Positions 62,998 to 64,000 of a stretch of 64,000 bases of DNA are shown one piece after another (the first letter of the stretch is position 1; every line of letters starts with the position of its first letter). This stretch comes from Gammaproteobacteria bacterium (GTDB taxonomy: Bacteria > Pseudomonadota > Gammaproteobacteria > Eutrophobiales > Eutrophobiaceae), in contig SCUJ01000011.1 in the NCBI GenBank assembly GCA_004297165.1, forward strand, positions 128,095-192,094, read 5' to 3'. The notes under the pieces are model-generated. The model was given only the letters and a program-made list of their open reading frames with translations, was not told the DNA's origin and made no database searches. Both the position numbers and the translations under genes were made by a program.

Positions 62998-64000
62998 GTG
63001 AAAGCAAATCGAGCCATCATTCCCACCCTGGTCATGGGTCTGTCATTGACCTGGCTGCCGGCTGTTCTGGCCCAGGCCCCGGTCGCCCAACCGCGCTCGG
63101 AAACCGTGGCGCAGCGCCTGGATCGGATTGAACAACTCCTGAAAAGCCAGGGTTTGATTGAACTGCTCCAACAGACCGAACGCCTGCAACAGGAGGTGGC
63201 CAGGCTGCGCGGGGACATCGAGTTGCAGAATCACAATATGGCTCAGGTGCAGAGCCGCCTGCAGGCCCTCTACTCCGACATCGATCAACGCCTCCAGCGT
63301 CTCGAAGGCGGCGCCGGTATCGCGTCCACGGGCGCCCCCGGCGAGATCCCCGCCATGCAAGGTGAGGTCAACCCGCCCCTGCAAACCCTGACCCCGGTCA
63401 CCGGCCCGGATCAGTCCATGATGCTGAACACGCAAACGAATGCGCTGGATGGCGGCAATCTCGAGATCGAGACCATCCCTTCGGCCGCGGTCGGCGCTAC
63501 GGCAACGGGCGTCACCGGGGCGACGGGATCCGCGCCAGTCATGACCCCTCCTGTCACAGAAGGGAATGCCAATCTCGTCACCGGCGCTATCGTCAATGAA
63601 ACGCCAGGGATCACCCCTGCCGCACCGGTGGATAGCGCACCCGTGATTGAAGGCGAAGCAGTGATCGAGGCGGATCCCGCGCTGGTGCAGGCCGATTACG
63701 ACGCGGCCTTCGCCCTCCTCAAGGAAGGACAATACGAGCAATCCATAGCGGCCTTCCGCACCTTCCTCGGCAAGTATCCCACGGCGCAATTCTCGGACAA
63801 CGCGCAATACTGGCTCGGCGAATCCTTCTATGTCATGCGGCAGTTCGAGAATGCCATCGCCGAGTACGAGCGGCTCACCAACAATTACCCGCAAAGCCAG
63901 AAATACACCCACGCCCTGTTGAAGATCGGTTACAGCTATCAGGAGCTCGGGCTCATCAACGAGGCCCGGCAATACCTGGAGATGCTGGTCAAACAATACC
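62998..64000 (+). CDS. cpoB: cell division coordinator CpoB (runs off the window)
   Basis: Not in ORF track; GTG 62998, signal peptide, QRLDRIEQ..LQQEVARLRGDIE coiled coil, TPRs NAQYWLGE and ALLKIG. Confidence 0.92.
   Translation, partial: MKANRAIIPTLVMGLSLTWLPAVLAQAPVAQPRSETVAQRLDRIEQLLKSQGLIELLQQTERLQQEVARLRGDIELQNHNMAQVQSRLQALYSDIDQRLQRLEGGAGIASTGAPGEIPAMQGEVNPPLQTLTPVTGPDQSMMLNTQTNALDGGNLEIETIPSAAVGATATGVTGATGSAPVMTPPVTEGNANLVTGAIVNETPGITPAAPVDSAPVIEGEAVIEADPALVQADYDAAFALLKEGQYEQSIAAFRTFLGKYPTAQFSDNAQYWLGESFYVMRQFENAIAEYERLTNNYPQSQKYTHALLKIGYSYQELGLINEARQYLEMLVKQY

Overview
GC-rich gammaproteobacterial chromosome segment, mostly housekeeping, with two lower-GC accessory insertions. (1) 1-20.9 kb is a large phosphate cluster (ppk1, phoU, pstBAC, pstS, phoRB, OprP/O porin, a second pstS, DUF47-pit) with several readable Pho boxes. 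It is interrupted at about 12.3-17.1 kb by an islet carrying a VOC enzyme, a SmaI-like type II R-M system with an excisionase-like HTH gene, a diguanylate cyclase and an XRE-2TM protein. (2) 21-43 kb holds comEA, leuS-lptE-holA-proA-nadD-rsfS-rlmH-maf, acr3, hppA, PPi-type pfk, bepA, a CPBP protease, an ArsS-like radical SAM gene, tRNA-Lys, fmdB-like, DUF502, aspS, nrtR-nadA and a hydrolase. (3) 43.3-55.4 kb is a defence island: a type I R-M operon whose hsdS-hsdR interval carries a translationally coupled trio (Dam-family methylase, ParB/CTPase-fold protein, PD-(D/E)XK nuclease), gene remnants and a Schlafen/AlbA_2 protein, and whose HsdR ends in an apparently intact LexA-like S24 autopeptidase. 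(4) 55.5-64 kb is yebC-ruvCAB-ybgC-tolQRAB-pal-cpoB. The best candidates for new biology are the nested Dam-ParB-nuclease module and the HsdR-S24 fusion. All calls come from motif recognition by eye; no searches were run, so novelty is unverified.
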